64,000 nucleotides of DNA from Brevinematia bacterium (GCA_049968515.1 JBMFQR010000005.1:11809-75808); one strand, 5' to 3'; positions 47,177 to 58,692 are shown, counted from the stretch's first letter. The notes: generated by a model not told the origin, from the sequence alone. Made by a program: numbers and translations.

Positions 47177-48466
47177 ATGGGCAATTTTAGACCAAAAGGT
47201 TTTGAAACACTGGCAATCCATGCAGGGATTAAACTTGATGAAACATTATCAAGAGCCACACCAATTCACAGAACCACCTCTTATGTTTTTAAATCAACCG
47301 AGCATGCTGCAAATCTTTTTGCACTTAAAGAAGCTGGAAATATATATACCAGAATGATGAACCCTACTCAGGAAGTCCTCGAAGAAAGAATGGCAGCACT
47401 CGAAAATGGCAGGGCAGCCTTAGCCGTTGCCTCAGGGACTGCCGCAATCTTTTACTCCATCATAAATATTTTAGCGAATGGGGATGAGCTTCTTTCTGCT
47501 AACAACCTTTATGGTGGCACATATACAATGTTTAATGATATACTGCCACAGTTTGGGATAAAGACCATATTTGTTGACCCAAAAGAACCTTCTAACTTCA
47601 AAAAAGCTATCACAAAAAACACGAAAGCAATATTTATTGAAACCATTGGAAATCCATCACTGGACTTTACGGATATAAAGGCTGTTGCAGATATTGCACA
47701 CGAAAATGAGCTCCCGCTCATAGTCGATTCAACCTTTACAACGCCATATCTTCTAAGACCCATAGATTACGGTGCTGACATTGTTGTCCATTCACTCACA
47801 AAGTGGATCGGAGGTCACGGTACGGCAATAGGTGGAATAGTTGTGGACTCTGGCAAATTTAACTGGAAAAACCCAAAGTTTAAACTCTTCACAGAACCTG
47901 ATCCGAGCTACCATGGTATAAAATATGCTTACGACCTTGGAGAGAATAATGATATTGCATTCGCAATGAGAATGAGGCTTGTTCCATTAAGAAATTTAGG
48001 AGCATGCATCTCTCCAGATAACGCCTGGATATTTCTGCAGGGAATTGAGACATTAGCTTTGAGAATGGAAAGGCACTGCTATAATGCCTTAAAGGTTGCA
48101 GAGTTCCTCTCAAGCCATCCAGCAGTAAACTGGGTGAGATACCCTGGATTGAAAACTGACCCTGCATATTCAATTGCTTCCAGATATCTGAAGAAAGGTT
48201 TTGGGGGAATGGTTGTCTTCGGAATAAAAGGTGGTGCAGAAGGCGGCCAGAAATTTATAGAGTCTTTAAGACTATTCTCACACCTTGCAAATGTAGGTGA
48301 TGCTAAAAGTCTTGCCATACATCCTGCTACAACAACCCATTCCCAGCTTTCCCCTGAAGATCAGCTTGCCGGCGGTATTACTCCGGATTTGATAAGGCTT
48401 TCAATTGGAATAGAAACCATCGATGATATCATTGAGGATCTAAAGCAAGCGCTGGAAAAAGCTTGA
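47177..48466 (+). CDS. metY: O-acetylhomoserine sulfhydrylase (PLP-dependent, Cys/Met metabolism family)
   Basis: YTRMMNPT, VHSLTKWIGGHG (PLP Lys), HPATTTHSQL. Confidence 0.85.
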   Translation: MGNFRPKGFETLAIHAGIKLDETLSRATPIHRTTSYVFKSTEHAANLFALKEAGNIYTRMMNPTQEVLEERMAALENGRAALAVASGTAAIFYSIINILANGDELLSANNLYGGTYTMFNDILPQFGIKTIFVDPKEPSNFKKAITKNTKAIFIETIGNPSLDFTDIKAVADIAHENELPLIVDSTFTTPYLLRPIDYGADIVVHSLTKWIGGHGTAIGGIVVDSGKFNWKNPKFKLFTEPDPSYHGIKYAYDLGENNDIAFAMRMRLVPLRNLGACISPDNAWIFLQGIETLALRMERHCYNALKVAEFLSSHPAVNWVRYPGLKTDPAYSIASRYLKKGFGGMVVFGIKGGAEGGQKFIESLRLFSHLANVGDAKSLAIHPATTTHSQLSPEDQLAGGITPDLIRLSIGIETIDDIIEDLKQALEKA

Positions 48467-48483
48467 TATTTCAGACAAACAGC

Positions 48484-48538
48484 GTGGCCGGGGCTATTCA
48501 GAAAGTCAGTTTCTGGACAACCCCGGGCACTCTCTTTT
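48484..48538 (+). terminator. Terminator of the cysK-metY operon
   Basis: GUGGCCGGGG...CCCCGGGCAC (9 of 10 pairs) enclosing an inner CAGAAA/UUUCUG stem, followed by UCUCUUUU. Confidence 0.55.
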
Positions 48539-48659
48539 CAGTATCAAAAAAATTAGAAATTAGTCAAATTTTGTGTTAAAATTTAATAACAAGCCTATAG
48601 AGATGGTGTTTTGTATTTTTTAAGTGCACTATCTTTATCTCTCAATGTGGAGGTAAAAA

Positions 48660-50234
48660 ATGAAAAAGTTTATTATCTTTTCTTTCTTCTTCTTTATCGG
48701 ACTAAGACTATTTTCTCAGGAATCAACAAATAACACAGAAACAACAGGTAAGGGTAAAATAGTTCTACCGGACAAGCCAATCATTATCGAGGACGAAAGT
48801 AAAGAAAAGATCGAAAACAAAGAGAAAAAGACAACAATCCCCCATAGCAGTATTGATTCAGATGAATTATCAAAGGTTCAGGTCAGCAAAAAGCTTAAAG
48901 AAGAAATTGATACAAAAAAGGAAGAAGAATTTAGTATATCTTCGCTTAAATTCTCATACGGAATGTATGAGAATTTTTTAGTCAATATGCAACTTGGGAA
49001 AAAAATCACAAATTTTAATTACTTTGTATCATTCTTGAGAAACACAAGGGGCAGTGTGGGTAAAGACACCAACATATACTTTAATACCGAAAGGGCAATT
49101 GATGACCTTTATCTCAATATGGGTTATGAAGTAAGCGAAAAATTTGCTTTTTCCTTTGACGGTGGATACTATAACAGGATACTCGGCCTGTTTACCAATT
49201 CTATCAATATAAGCGAATCAAAATTTTACATTCCATTGAAGATTAAAATGGATTTTGCCAGTGAAGAATTCATAAAAGCCAGTGGAGAAATAGATGGTCA
49301 GTACCTAAACTTAAAACACAAGACAATGACTGATTACAGGGCAACAAATCTTTATGAAATGCTTATCCCAATTTCTGTAGAAAAAATATGGGGCACTGAC
49401 AACTTTTTGACCGGAAATCTACTCTACAACCTTTTTTACTCTGGTGACATAGAACATTCCTTCGGTATCAGTATAAAAGATAGATTCCCGCTATTATCTT
49501 CTCTAGCATTACAGGGTGGAATATCCCTTTTTGTATACTCACATAAAAGTTTCTTCTGGGTACCTGAATTGTTGATATTTTACAGGTTTTCCGACAAATT
49601 TGAAATAAAAACTGGCCTGAGCGGAAATTCAGACTTCGAGAAAAATCAACTACTCTTGAGAGAAAATCAAATATACTTTACTAATTTTATGCCGGAAGAA
49701 AAATGGGATTATTTAGCTGGCGTCTACTACCGACCTGTTGAGAGAGTTGTTATAGCCTGTGAAGCAGAATATGACTACTTCTACTCTTACCGGAACTTTG
49801 CTTTCGATGAGAATCTACAGCTTTATTATATAAAAAACACTACAAACATAAACATCGTAACCATAAACCCCTACATAAACTTTAACTATATGGAAGATAT
49901 AAACATTTCTTTAAGTGGAAAATTGAGAGTATTTGATTATAATGAAATTTTGCGCCTAAATCAATACGAAATAACAGCAAAAGCTGGATATTTTTTAAGA
50001 AAGATTGGTTTCAATATCGAAACATTCTTAAGCTATATCGGTCCGAAAAAATTAAAAGAGGATTGGTTCTCACAGAGTTACTGGAAATGGGGTATATCTT
50101 TATCCCAGAAAGCCGGCGAGAATCTTATTTTTGAATGCAGATTTAATAACATATTAAATCAGGACATCTTCGAGGAGATCTATCTTAAGGAAAGTGGATT
50201 CTCATTTGATATCGGTCTGACATTCAGATTTTGA
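48660..50234 (+). CDS. Putative outer-membrane beta-barrel protein
   Basis: Signal peptide. Alternating-hydrophobic beta pattern. C-terminal GLTFRF signature. Confidence 0.6.
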   Translation: MKKFIIFSFFFFIGLRLFSQESTNNTETTGKGKIVLPDKPIIIEDESKEKIENKEKKTTIPHSSIDSDELSKVQVSKKLKEEIDTKKEEEFSISSLKFSYGMYENFLVNMQLGKKITNFNYFVSFLRNTRGSVGKDTNIYFNTERAIDDLYLNMGYEVSEKFAFSFDGGYYNRILGLFTNSINISESKFYIPLKIKMDFASEEFIKASGEIDGQYLNLKHKTMTDYRATNLYEMLIPISVEKIWGTDNFLTGNLLYNLFYSGDIEHSFGISIKDRFPLLSSLALQGGISLFVYSHKSFFWVPELLIFYRFSDKFEIKTGLSGNSDFEKNQLLLRENQIYFTNFMPEEKWDYLAGVYYRPVERVVIACEAEYDYFYSYRNFAFDENLQLYYIKNTTNINIVTINPYINFNYMEDINISLSGKLRVFDYNEILRLNQYEITAKAGYFLRKIGFNIETFLSYIGPKKLKEDWFSQSYWKWGISLSQKAGENLIFECRFNNILNQDIFEEIYLKESGFSFDIGLTFRF

Positions 50235-50317
50235 TTTAAATTGATGTCTTGTTTCACCCTATAAATAAGAGAAAAAAAAGCATTGTTGTATCTATGTCCT
50301 TAATTCCTGAGGTAAAA

Positions 50318-53158
50318 ATGATAGATAAAATTATTGTGAAAGGTGCAAGGGAACACAATCTCAAAAACATATCTCTCGAAATACCAAGAAATAAACTTGT
50401 TGTTTTCACTGGTGTTTCTGGATCGGGGAAATCTTCACTGGTTTTCGATACTATCTATGCTGAAGGTGAGAGAAGATATCTTGAATCTCTATCTACCTAT
50501 GCAAGGCAATTTCTTGGTGAAATGCACAAACCTGATGTAGATAGTATAGAGGGACTTTCACCATCTATATCCATCGAACAGCAGGTTGCCCATGCTAATC
50601 CGAGGTCAATTGTGGGTACAGTAACAGAAATTTATGACTATTTTAGATTACTCTGGGGTACAATCGGAAAGCCAGTATGTCCAGAATGTGGGAGAGATTT
50701 AAATGCCACTACCATTGATGAGATAGTAAACTCCGTAATGAATATAGAAAATGGTACGAAATGCATAATTCTTTCTCCCATAGCGAGGGGTAAGAAGGGA
50801 AGCTTCGCAGACGTAGTTGAAGATCTAAAAAAAGAAGGCTTCGTAAGATTAAGAGTTAATGGTGAAATTATAAACATTGACGATTTTACCCCTCTTGACA
50901 AAAATAAAAAACACGACATTGACGTTGTTATTGATAGAATTACTATTGAGGAAAAAAACAAGACAAGAATAACAGACTCAATAGAACTTGCTCTAAAAGA
51001 GGGGAAAGGTGTAATGTCCATAATGCTTCCTGAAAAAAATGAGGAGAAGATTTTTTCTGAGAAATACTTCTGTCCTATTCATCAAATAAGTTTTGATGAG
51101 ATTTCTCCAAAGATGTTTTCTTTTAATGCACCATATGGTGCATGCCCTGAATGTAGTGGGCTTGGAGAAAAAATGGAGTTTGATGAGGAATTAATAGTAG
51201 ATTTTGATAAATCAATAAATGAAGGAGCAATAAAAACACATCCACCAACACAGACCCACTGGATGTCCTTTCTTAAAGCATTATCAAAAAAGTATGATTT
51301 CTCACTGGATATTCCCTACAAAAAACTTCCTTCAAATATAAGAAAGGTAATAATGTATGGTGACAGCGAAAAACTTAACATAAACTACCAGAGCGAAAAG
51401 ATGAAATTTGAAATCAGTAGCATATATGAAGGAATTATTCCAAATCTCAAAAGAAGATATTTTGAGACTTCATCATTTGAAATGAGGGAGTGGTTTTCAC
51501 AATATATGAAAAGTATACCCTGCCCTCTTTGTAAAGGAGAGAGACTCAAAAAGAAAAGCCTTTCAGTAAAGATAAACGGCAAGAACATTATGGATGTCAC
51601 ACGAATGAATATCAGAGAATGCCTCTCATTTTTTGAAAACCTTGAGCCGGTGCTTTCAGAAAATGAAAGAAAGATAGCTGATAGAATTTTAAAAGAGATA
51701 AAGAAAAGATTAACTTTCATACTTGATGTCGGGCTTGACTATATAACCCTCGATAGAAAGGTTAGCACAATCTCTGGCGGAGAGCTACAGAGAATAAGGC
51801 TTGCAACACAGATAGGTTCAGGGCTTACAGGCGTGATCTATGTTCTGGATGAACCAACCATAGGATTACATGCAAGGGATACAGACAAATTGATAAAAAC
51901 CCTTGAGAAACTGAGAGACTCAGATAATACCGTGCTTGTTGTTGAACATGATGAGGAGGTAATACTCAGGGCAGACTATATATTTGATATTGGGCCGGGA
52001 GCAGGTATTTACGGAGGTGAAAAGGTGGCAGAAGGTACTCCTGAAGAAATAAAGGTAAATCCCAATTCACTCACAGGGCAATATATTTCAGGCAAGCTTT
52101 TCGTCCCTATGCCGGAAAAAAGAAGAGAAGGAAATGGAAAATTCATAGAAGTCATAGGTGCAGAAGAACACAATTTGAAGAAAATAAACGTAAGGTTTCC
52201 GCTGGGAAAATTCATTGCAGTAACAGGTGTCTCAGGCTCAGGAAAATCAACACTTGTTAACGACATTCTATTTAATGCCATAAGCAGAAAAATCTATAAG
52301 TCAAAGTGTGAAGCAGGTAAACACAAAGAAATAAGGGGCATTGAAAACATAGACAAGATTATAGAGATTGACCAGAGCCCCATAGGTAGAACACCACGTT
52401 CAAATCCAGCTACTTACACAGGTGTTTTCACTGAAATCAGAGGGCTCTTTGCAAGTCTACCAGAATCAAAGATTAGAGGTTATAAGGCTGGAAGATTTTC
52501 TTTCAATGTAAAGGGGGGTAGATGTGAAGCCTGTGAAGGTGATGGAGTAATAAAGGTGGAAATGCATTTTCTTCCGGATGTATATCTGACCTGTGAGGTC
52601 TGTAATGGAAAAAAGTATAACCATGAGACTCTTCAGGTGTTATACAAGGGAAAATCCATTGCCGATGTGCTTGATTTAACTGTTGATGAAGCATATGATT
52701 TCTTCTACAATATTCCTAATATCCGCAGAAGGCTTGAGGTATTGAAAAATGTTGGGCTCGGTTATATTCATCTTGGCCAGTCAGCAACAACACTTTCAGG
52801 TGGAGAGGCACAGAGAATAAAGTTAGCCAAAGAGCTATCCAAGGTAGAAACAGGAAATACCCTCTACATTCTTGATGAGCCTACTGTAGGACTGCACTTT
52901 GATGATGTAAAAAAACTTATTAACGTTTTACAAACTCTTGTGGAGAGGGGAAACACAGTCATAGTCATAGAACATAATATGGATATTATTAAAGTGGCTG
53001 ACTGGATAATAGACCTCGGTCCAGAGGGTGGAGAAAAGGGTGGCAAAGTCGTCTTTGAAGGAACACCCGACGAGCTTTTGAAGTTTGAAAAAAGCTATAC
53101 TGCCATATATTTAAGAAAATATCTTTCCTCCTTAGGAATAAGGGTGGAAAAAAGATAG
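50318..53158 (+). CDS. uvrA: Excinuclease ABC subunit A
   Basis: [18 protein letters not shown] start, two Walker A GVSGSGKS motifs, zinc-finger Cys pairs, LSGGE signatures. Confidence 0.95.
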   Translation: MIDKIIVKGAREHNLKNISLEIPRNKLVVFTGVSGSGKSSLVFDTIYAEGERRYLESLSTYARQFLGEMHKPDVDSIEGLSPSISIEQQVAHANPRSIVGTVTEIYDYFRLLWGTIGKPVCPECGRDLNATTIDEIVNSVMNIENGTKCIILSPIARGKKGSFADVVEDLKKEGFVRLRVNGEIINIDDFTPLDKNKKHDIDVVIDRITIEEKNKTRITDSIELALKEGKGVMSIMLPEKNEEKIFSEKYFCPIHQISFDEISPKMFSFNAPYGACPECSGLGEKMEFDEELIVDFDKSINEGAIKTHPPTQTHWMSFLKALSKKYDFSLDIPYKKLPSNIRKVIMYGDSEKLNINYQSEKMKFEISSIYEGIIPNLKRRYFETSSFEMREWFSQYMKSIPCPLCKGERLKKKSLSVKINGKNIMDVTRMNIRECLSFFENLEPVLSENERKIADRILKEIKKRLTFILDVGLDYITLDRKVSTISGGELQRIRLATQIGSGLTGVIYVLDEPTIGLHARDTDKLIKTLEKLRDSDNTVLVVEHDEEVILRADYIFDIGPGAGIYGGEKVAEGTPEEIKVNPNSLTGQYISGKLFVPMPEKRREGNGKFIEVIGAEEHNLKKINVRFPLGKFIAVTGVSGSGKSTLVNDILFNAISRKIYKSKCEAGKHKEIRGIENIDKIIEIDQSPIGRTPRSNPATYTGVFTEIRGLFASLPESKIRGYKAGRFSFNVKGGRCEACEGDGVIKVEMHFLPDVYLTCEVCNGKKYNHETLQVLYKGKSIADVLDLTVDEAYDFFYNIPNIRRRLEVLKNVGLGYIHLGQSATTLSGGEAQRIKLAKELSKVETGNTLYILDEPTVGLHFDDVKKLINVLQTLVERGNTVIVIEHNMDIIKVADWIIDLGPEGGEKGGKVVFEGTPDELLKFEKSYTAIYLRKYLSSLGIRVEKR

Positions 53159-53164
53159 AACTGA

Positions 53165-54034
53165 CTACACCTTATCAGTAGGTTCTACATGAATGGTTGC
53201 ATTTAATGATAATCTTTCCATCAGAGCTACTTCTATCTTCTGTGTCAAAGAATGGGAATCTTCAACAGTCATATCATTAGGCAATCTTATATGGAGTGTC
53301 AATTCCTTATGGTCTCCATACTGGTGCAAATGAAGGTGATGTATCATTTTTATTCTCGGAGAAGTGCTCTTAACAACCTCAATTACCTCTTTTTCAAGCT
53401 CAGGGTCAAGATCCTCACCAAGAATCATTCTTGAAGTAGAAAAGATAATGTCCTTGGCTGTCAATATTATCAGTATGGCTACCACTATTCCCAGAACCCC
53501 ATCAACCCACCATAAGAATTTAGCAGTTACAAGCCCAACTAAAATAAGGGCACTTGCTATGGCATCAGAACGGTGATGCCAGCCATCAGCCTTAAGGCTA
53601 TCAGAGTTTATCTTTTTCCCCAGATGAAAGGAAAACCGGGCAAGAGCTTCCTTTACAACAAAAGAGACCACGAAGACAATCACGACAAAAAGGTTAAATT
53701 CAAAGCCTTCTCTTTTAAGAAGTTTCTTAATCGAATCAACAACAAAGTTAAAGCCTACAATTCCAAGCATTGTAGCAATTATAATGGAGGAAATGTTCTC
53801 AATCATCCCGTGTCCGAAAGGATGATTTTTATCAGCAGGTTTTGAAGAAAATTTGAAGCCAAGTATAACCACAAGCGACGTAAGACTATCCGAAAAAGTA
53901 TGCCAAGCATCAGCAATAACGGCAATTGAATGTGATTGAATGCCAGCAAAAAGCTTAAAAACAAAAAGAACCGTATTTATGACAATTGATACCCAGCCTT
54001 CAAGGTAGCCATAGAATTTTTTTTCCTTCGCCAT
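53165..54034 (-). CDS. Cation diffusion facilitator family transporter
   Basis: Six TM helices, HxxxD-type motifs (AWHTFSD, WHHRSD), C-terminal cytoplasmic domain. Confidence 0.8.
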   Translation of the reverse strand: MAKEKKFYGYLEGWVSIVINTVLFVFKLFAGIQSHSIAVIADAWHTFSDSLTSLVVILGFKFSSKPADKNHPFGHGMIENISSIIIATMLGIVGFNFVVDSIKKLLKREGFEFNLFVVIVFVVSFVVKEALARFSFHLGKKINSDSLKADGWHHRSDAIASALILVGLVTAKFLWWVDGVLGIVVAILIILTAKDIIFSTSRMILGEDLDPELEKEVIEVVKSTSPRIKMIHHLHLHQYGDHKELTLHIRLPNDMTVEDSHSLTQKIEVALMERLSLNATIHVEPTDKV

Positions 54035-54116
54035 TTTTCACTTCCATATTAATACAACTGACCTAGACAGAGGAGCTACATTTTAAGGCAGGCTTACCGA
54101 TTAGTCAAATTATTTT

Positions 54117-54500
54117 TTAAAAAAAGCAAAAAATTTTAAAAAAAATTATCCCGAGTAAGGATAGCCATATCAGTATAAAGATAATTCCAGCGACCCAGTT
54201 TTTCCTTAAGAAGATATTTTCTCTCTCAGCTCTTGCTCTTGCTTCCTTAATAATATCTTTTGGTATCAACCTTAAAGAGAGAATTATAAGGGCCGGAATA
54301 ATAATCAGGTCATCCAGATATCCTAGAACAGGTATGAAATCCGGGATCAAATCCACTGGACTTAAAGCATATCCGAGCGTAATGACTATTATTATTTTTG
54401 GCAGGAGGTTTAAATCTGGATTCTGATAGGCAAAGTAGATAACCTTTATTTCTTTCTTTAAAGCCTTCGACCTCTCTTTCAATCTATCTATTATTTTCAT
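54117..54500 (-). CDS. DUF1232 (YkvA-like) membrane protein
   Basis: Hallmark SPVDLIPDFIPVLGYLDD. Confidence 0.75.
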   Translation of the reverse strand: MKIIDRLKERSKALKKEIKVIYFAYQNPDLNLLPKIIIVITLGYALSPVDLIPDFIPVLGYLDDLIIIPALIILSLRLIPKDIIKEARARAERENIFLRKNWVAGIIFILIWLSLLGIIFFKIFCFF

Positions 54501-56432
54501 TTAAACTATAATATTTTGTGCTGGTTTGCCTATGAAGTACCCCTGAGAGTAATCAACTCCGAGTTCTTTGGACTTTTTATATATCTCCTCAGAGTGAACA
54601 AATTCTGAAATTGTTTTCAATCCAAGTTCCTTTGCAAAATTCACTATTGTCTTTGTTATGATCTGAGCATTGTAATTTTCTGTAAGATTGCTGATTAGAC
54701 AAGAGTCAAGCTTTATATAATCAACATCAAGCTTCATAAGATGTTCAAAATTAGAATACCCGCTTCCAAAATCATCTATGGCAATCTTACAACCAATTTC
54801 CTTAACCTCTTTTATAAACTGTATCACCTCATCGTAATTTTCAATACCTTCCGATTCAAGAATCTCAAAGATAACCTTCGGAGCTACATTCTTGTTCTCC
54901 TTCAGAGTCTTTAAGATAAAATGGTTTATCTCCTCCTCAATAATGTCTTGAATGGTAAGATTAATAGAAAATTCATAATCAGTTTCCCTGAATAATGCAA
55001 TGGCCTTACTCAAAACGGTGGATGTTATTTTGCCATAAAGATGGGACTTTTTAGCTGCGTCGAGAAAGTATGAGGGGGTAACTATACCAGATTCCCTATC
55101 GGCTATTCTTATGAGCGTCTCATACTTCTCAACCTTTTCAGTAAAATTATTCATAATCGGCTGGAAAAATGGAATAAGCCTGTGGCTATCAATCGCATCT
55201 TTAAGCTTTTTCTTCCATATAAGATTTCTCTCAAACTCCTTTGAAATTTGCATTGACTCGTGAAAAATAATAAAATGCTTCTGAAGCTTTTTCGCCTTTT
55301 TCAGAGCCATATCAGCATGAGTGGCAAGACTTTTCCACTTACCTTCCTTGAGGTTCAGTGAATCTATGTCCACAGACCTTGCCGCACCGATTGTGACCTT
55401 TACAAATATTTCGTGCTCTGCAAGCTTGAAAGGTTCTTCTTCTATCTCGGTGCATATGGCTTTTATAAGAGTATACAGCTCTTCAAGCTCCATCTGTTTA
55501 TCAAACAAAAATGCAAACTCATCACCCGACATTTTGTAGAGTCTATAATAAAACTTTTTCTGAAGCTCCTTAAGCCTTTTAGCTATCGCTATAAGGGTTA
55601 AATCACCTATGCGGTTGCCATAACAGTCATTTATCTCTTTGAAAAAGTCTATATTCAACAGAATAAGAGTAGGAGTAACAGTCTGTTCTATATCGATTAA
55701 AATTTTCTGCCTGTTTGGAAGCTGAGTCAGCGAATCAGTGTAAAGATTGGTATTTCTTTCATCCTCTTCAAGTTCGAGCAATTCAAGTAAGTAATTAAAT
55801 CTCAAAAAGATACTTCTTATCTTCTGATTGGAGTGATTTACACCAAGCCTGAAAGAATAGTCTCCATTCATTGCCCTGTTTATTGCAATATTGAGGGTAT
55901 CAATTGGCTGAAGATAGCTTTTTTTAAGAAGAAAATACATTAGAAATGAAAGAATTATACTTAGACTAAAAAAGCCAGATAGATAGACAACTGCATTAAA
56001 AAGCACTTTTTGATTAAACTTTGCTTTATCCAAAAAAAGAGATATAAATCTTTGCTGTAATGGAAAAGAAATAATGTGAAAACGATTGAAATCAATTTTA
56101 TTCTTATCGAGAGAATCATCCATAAGATTGTAGTATCTTGTAACATTCTCACCTGTGATATTTACTACTTTTAAAACAAGACCTTTTGACCTCACTACTT
56201 TTTCAAGCGAACTTACAATTTCTGAATCACTCAAGCCAGAAAGCTTTCCTGTCTGATCGCCCTTAATTTTAGACTCTATTTCTTCCCTTGAGAGGTCAAC
56301 AATAGATTTGAAGTGTAACCCTACAATAAGAAAAAATGTTAATAAAACAAAGACAAATATTTTGAAATATTCTTCTACAAAATGAGGTTTTCTGTGTGCC
56401 AAACCTGATGCTATTTTGCAAGTCTGTTCCAT
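54501..56432 (-). CDS. Membrane-bound GGDEF-EAL protein (SGDEF variant; EAL domain with EIL motif)
   Basis: Two TM helices plus a HAMP-like linker, a GGDEF domain with SGDEF, and an EAL domain with FEILESE, DDFGSGYSN and QGYFIGKP. Confidence 0.8.
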   Translation of the reverse strand: MEQTCKIASGLAHRKPHFVEEYFKIFVFVLLTFFLIVGLHFKSIVDLSREEIESKIKGDQTGKLSGLSDSEIVSSLEKVVRSKGLVLKVVNITGENVTRYYNLMDDSLDKNKIDFNRFHIISFPLQQRFISLFLDKAKFNQKVLFNAVVYLSGFFSLSIILSFLMYFLLKKSYLQPIDTLNIAINRAMNGDYSFRLGVNHSNQKIRSIFLRFNYLLELLELEEDERNTNLYTDSLTQLPNRQKILIDIEQTVTPTLILLNIDFFKEINDCYGNRIGDLTLIAIAKRLKELQKKFYYRLYKMSGDEFAFLFDKQMELEELYTLIKAICTEIEEEPFKLAEHEIFVKVTIGAARSVDIDSLNLKEGKWKSLATHADMALKKAKKLQKHFIIFHESMQISKEFERNLIWKKKLKDAIDSHRLIPFFQPIMNNFTEKVEKYETLIRIADRESGIVTPSYFLDAAKKSHLYGKITSTVLSKAIALFRETDYEFSINLTIQDIIEEEINHFILKTLKENKNVAPKVIFEILESEGIENYDEVIQFIKEVKEIGCKIAIDDFGSGYSNFEHLMKLDVDYIKLDSCLISNLTENYNAQIITKTIVNFAKELGLKTISEFVHSEEIYKKSKELGVDYSQGYFIGKPAQNIIV

Positions 56433-56568
56433 TAAATAACCCTTCAGAAAATATTAGCATCCCCCAATAACCCCATTTTTTAATTTCCTCTTCAACATTA
56501 CTAACAATATTTTAACCTGAATTTAAAAATCTTTCAACAAAAATTTCTTTTATTCCACAATAAAATCT

Positions 56569-57306
56569 TTAGTAAAAAACCTGATCAAGAAACAAGCCTT
56601 CTGGAGGAGCAATTAAAATTTCCTTTTTTTCTAAAGTAATATCCTCTGGCTTTAATCTCCCATAAGTCAAGGCAACGAGGCTGGCAACCATACACCTTGC
56701 CATATTGTATAAAAAACTATCCCCGGTAATCTCAATCAATACAAGTTGTTTAATGTTGTGGATTTTTATTTTAAAAATTGTTTTTATCGTATTTTTTGAC
56801 CTATCATCCCTTGAAAAGATTTTAAAATCTCTCTTTCCTAAAAATAAAGTGCTGTACTTTCTCATTAATTTTAGATCAAGCCTTTCTTTCAGGTGCCAGC
56901 AATAAAGATGATAATCCTTTTCTATTTTTTTATCATTCCATATCTGATAAATATATCTTTTTCCGATTGAATGCATTCTCGAATGAAAAAAAATAGGAAC
57001 ATCTTCCACAGAAAGAATATAAATATTATCCAGCTTATCTCTGAGTTCAGACTTCAATTCAAAAGTTTCTATCTTTGAGGTTGTCCTGAAATTTACTATC
57101 TGCCCACAGGCATGAACTCCTTTGTCAGTACGTGAGGCAGCCACAAGAACAATCTTTTCACCAACTATCCCCTCAATTGCATTTGAAAGCACATCTTCTA
57201 CAGAACCATCACCAGAAAAATGCCTCTGCCAGCCTTTAAAAAAACCACCATTATAGGCAATCTTCATCTTTATATTTCTCAGGGAGGTGAATTCAAAACT
57301 TACCAT
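56569..57306 (-). CDS. truA: tRNA pseudouridine(38-40) synthase
   Basis: IAYNGGFFKGWQ and ASRTDKGVHA (catalytic Asp). Start uncertain: ATG at 57306 or 57267; the upstream Lys/Arg-rich extension overlaps the preceding gene. Confidence 0.8.
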   Translation of the reverse strand: MVSFEFTSLRNIKMKIAYNGGFFKGWQRHFSGDGSVEDVLSNAIEGIVGEKIVLVAASRTDKGVHACGQIVNFRTTSKIETFELKSELRDKLDNIYILSVEDVPIFFHSRMHSIGKRYIYQIWNDKKIEKDYHLYCWHLKERLDLKLMRKYSTLFLGKRDFKIFSRDDRSKNTIKTIFKIKIHNIKQLVLIEITGDSFLYNMARCMVASLVALTYGRLKPEDITLEKKEILIAPPEGLFLDQVFY

Positions 57307-57700
57307 ACTTAAACTTTGAAATCTCCCTTCTTTTCTTCTTGTTTTCCTTTGTATTTTTCCATTCCTTTTTGTTTTCTTTTTGTTGTTGATCAAAAATCTT
57401 TACAAGCTCCTTAACTTCTTCAGGCACTTCTTCTCCACTCTTAATCTCATAAAGTTCTCTGGCAAGTTTTGATGAAATGGATTTTGCCACAATGCCTTTG
57501 ATTTCTATCTCCATATAGTGTGAGCCTTTTCTTATTGTCAATAAATCCCCTGCTTTAACCACCTTTGAAGGCTTTGTCCTTTCGCCATTGAGTTTAACAA
57601 GTCCACCTTCTATCGCCTCTGTAGCTTCATTTCTGCTTTTGTATATTCTTGCTATTTTAAGCCACTTGTCGAGTCTTAAACTCTGAGTCGCTTCTGCCAT
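57293..57700 (-). CDS. S4-domain RNA-binding protein (Hsp15/RqcP-like)
   Basis: LRLDKWLKIARIYKSRNEATEAIEGGLVKLNG S4 motif and a basic C-terminal tail. Confidence 0.75.
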   Translation of the reverse strand: MAEATQSLRLDKWLKIARIYKSRNEATEAIEGGLVKLNGERTKPSKVVKAGDLLTIRKGSHYMEIEIKGIVAKSISSKLARELYEIKSGEEVPEEVKELVKIFDQQQKENKKEWKNTKENKKKRREISKFKYGKF

Positions 57701-57713
57701 AAAAAATCGCCCC

Positions 57714-57753
57714 TATAAAAAATTGGGGCTACCAAAAAATCTTTGATAGCCCC
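57714..57753 (-). terminator. Rho-independent terminator of flaA
   Basis: Minus strand GGGGCUAUC-11 nt-GGUAGCCCC (9 bp) followed by AAUUUUUUAU. Confidence 0.65.
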
Positions 57754-57774
57754 TCTGTTTATTTATTCATAAAT

Positions 57775-58692
57775 TTACTTCTGTTGTCCCTTTTCATATT
57801 GCATTCTCATTTTTTCCTGCTGATAGAGATAGATATTTTCTATCAGTCTCTTTTCTTCAATCTCCTGCTTTGTCTGCATTTTCTTTGTAATTATTCCCCA
57901 TACCTCTTCATCCTTTATGTCTTCTTCTGAATCAACAAAGTATGGTGTATACTCGATCTCAATTGAGCTAACATATGTGACAAAATCTCCCCCTACCTGA
58001 TCCCCTGGCCTGTAAATAACAATTGAGTCAAAAACATAATAAGGAATATCATAAGGATAAAGAGGTTCTCTCTTTAAAGTTTTTGCACTCACCTTTTCGG
58101 TAAAATTTGGATTAACAAAAGTCAATTTTCTCCAACCATCAAAATAGAGCCACCCCATAAAAAACTCATGGATATTTTCAAATCTGTCCCTCAATCTTAC
58201 TGCCAGTCCATAGTTATAGTTTCTCCCATTTACCATAACCGCCAGACTTTTAATTTCCGAAACATTCGGGATTACGCCATTCTCTGCATTAATAAACTGT
58301 CCATTTGTATCGTATACCTTAATTGAAAAAGCTGGCTTAATAAGAGCATATGAGTGACTGTTCCATTTTGGAAAATGTATTCTTGCACCCAATGTATTCC
58401 CAAATCTCTGGCTCTTTACAGCCTTACAATAGCTGAGAATTTTATTTTTCATTTCTGCAGAGCTTTCTCCCAGTTCAACAACCCAGTTTTCAAGCATATA
58501 TTCCTTATATCCAACTACAAGCTTGGGATAACCATCGACATTAGTAATATAGCTCTCTTCCGGTTGTGGAAATTGTGCCTTCATTTTTTCATCATATGTG
58601 TTGAAATCAATAAGTGTACGCTTTATTGTTCCGAAGCCCTGAATTACAAAAAGAGACGAAAATATCAAAGTAATCCAGAATATTTTCTTCAT
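57775..58692 (-). CDS. flaA: Flagellar filament outer layer (sheath) protein FlaA
   Basis: Signal peptide. RTLIDFNTY and LGARIHFPKWNSHSYALIKPAFSIKVYD resemble conserved blocks of spirochete FlaA (from memory). Confidence 0.7.
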   Translation of the reverse strand: MKKIFWITLIFSSLFVIQGFGTIKRTLIDFNTYDEKMKAQFPQPEESYITNVDGYPKLVVGYKEYMLENWVVELGESSAEMKNKILSYCKAVKSQRFGNTLGARIHFPKWNSHSYALIKPAFSIKVYDTNGQFINAENGVIPNVSEIKSLAVMVNGRNYNYGLAVRLRDRFENIHEFFMGWLYFDGWRKLTFVNPNFTEKVSAKTLKREPLYPYDIPYYVFDSIVIYRPGDQVGGDFVTYVSSIEIEYTPYFVDSEEDIKDEEVWGIITKKMQTKQEIEEKRLIENIYLYQQEKMRMQYEKGQQK

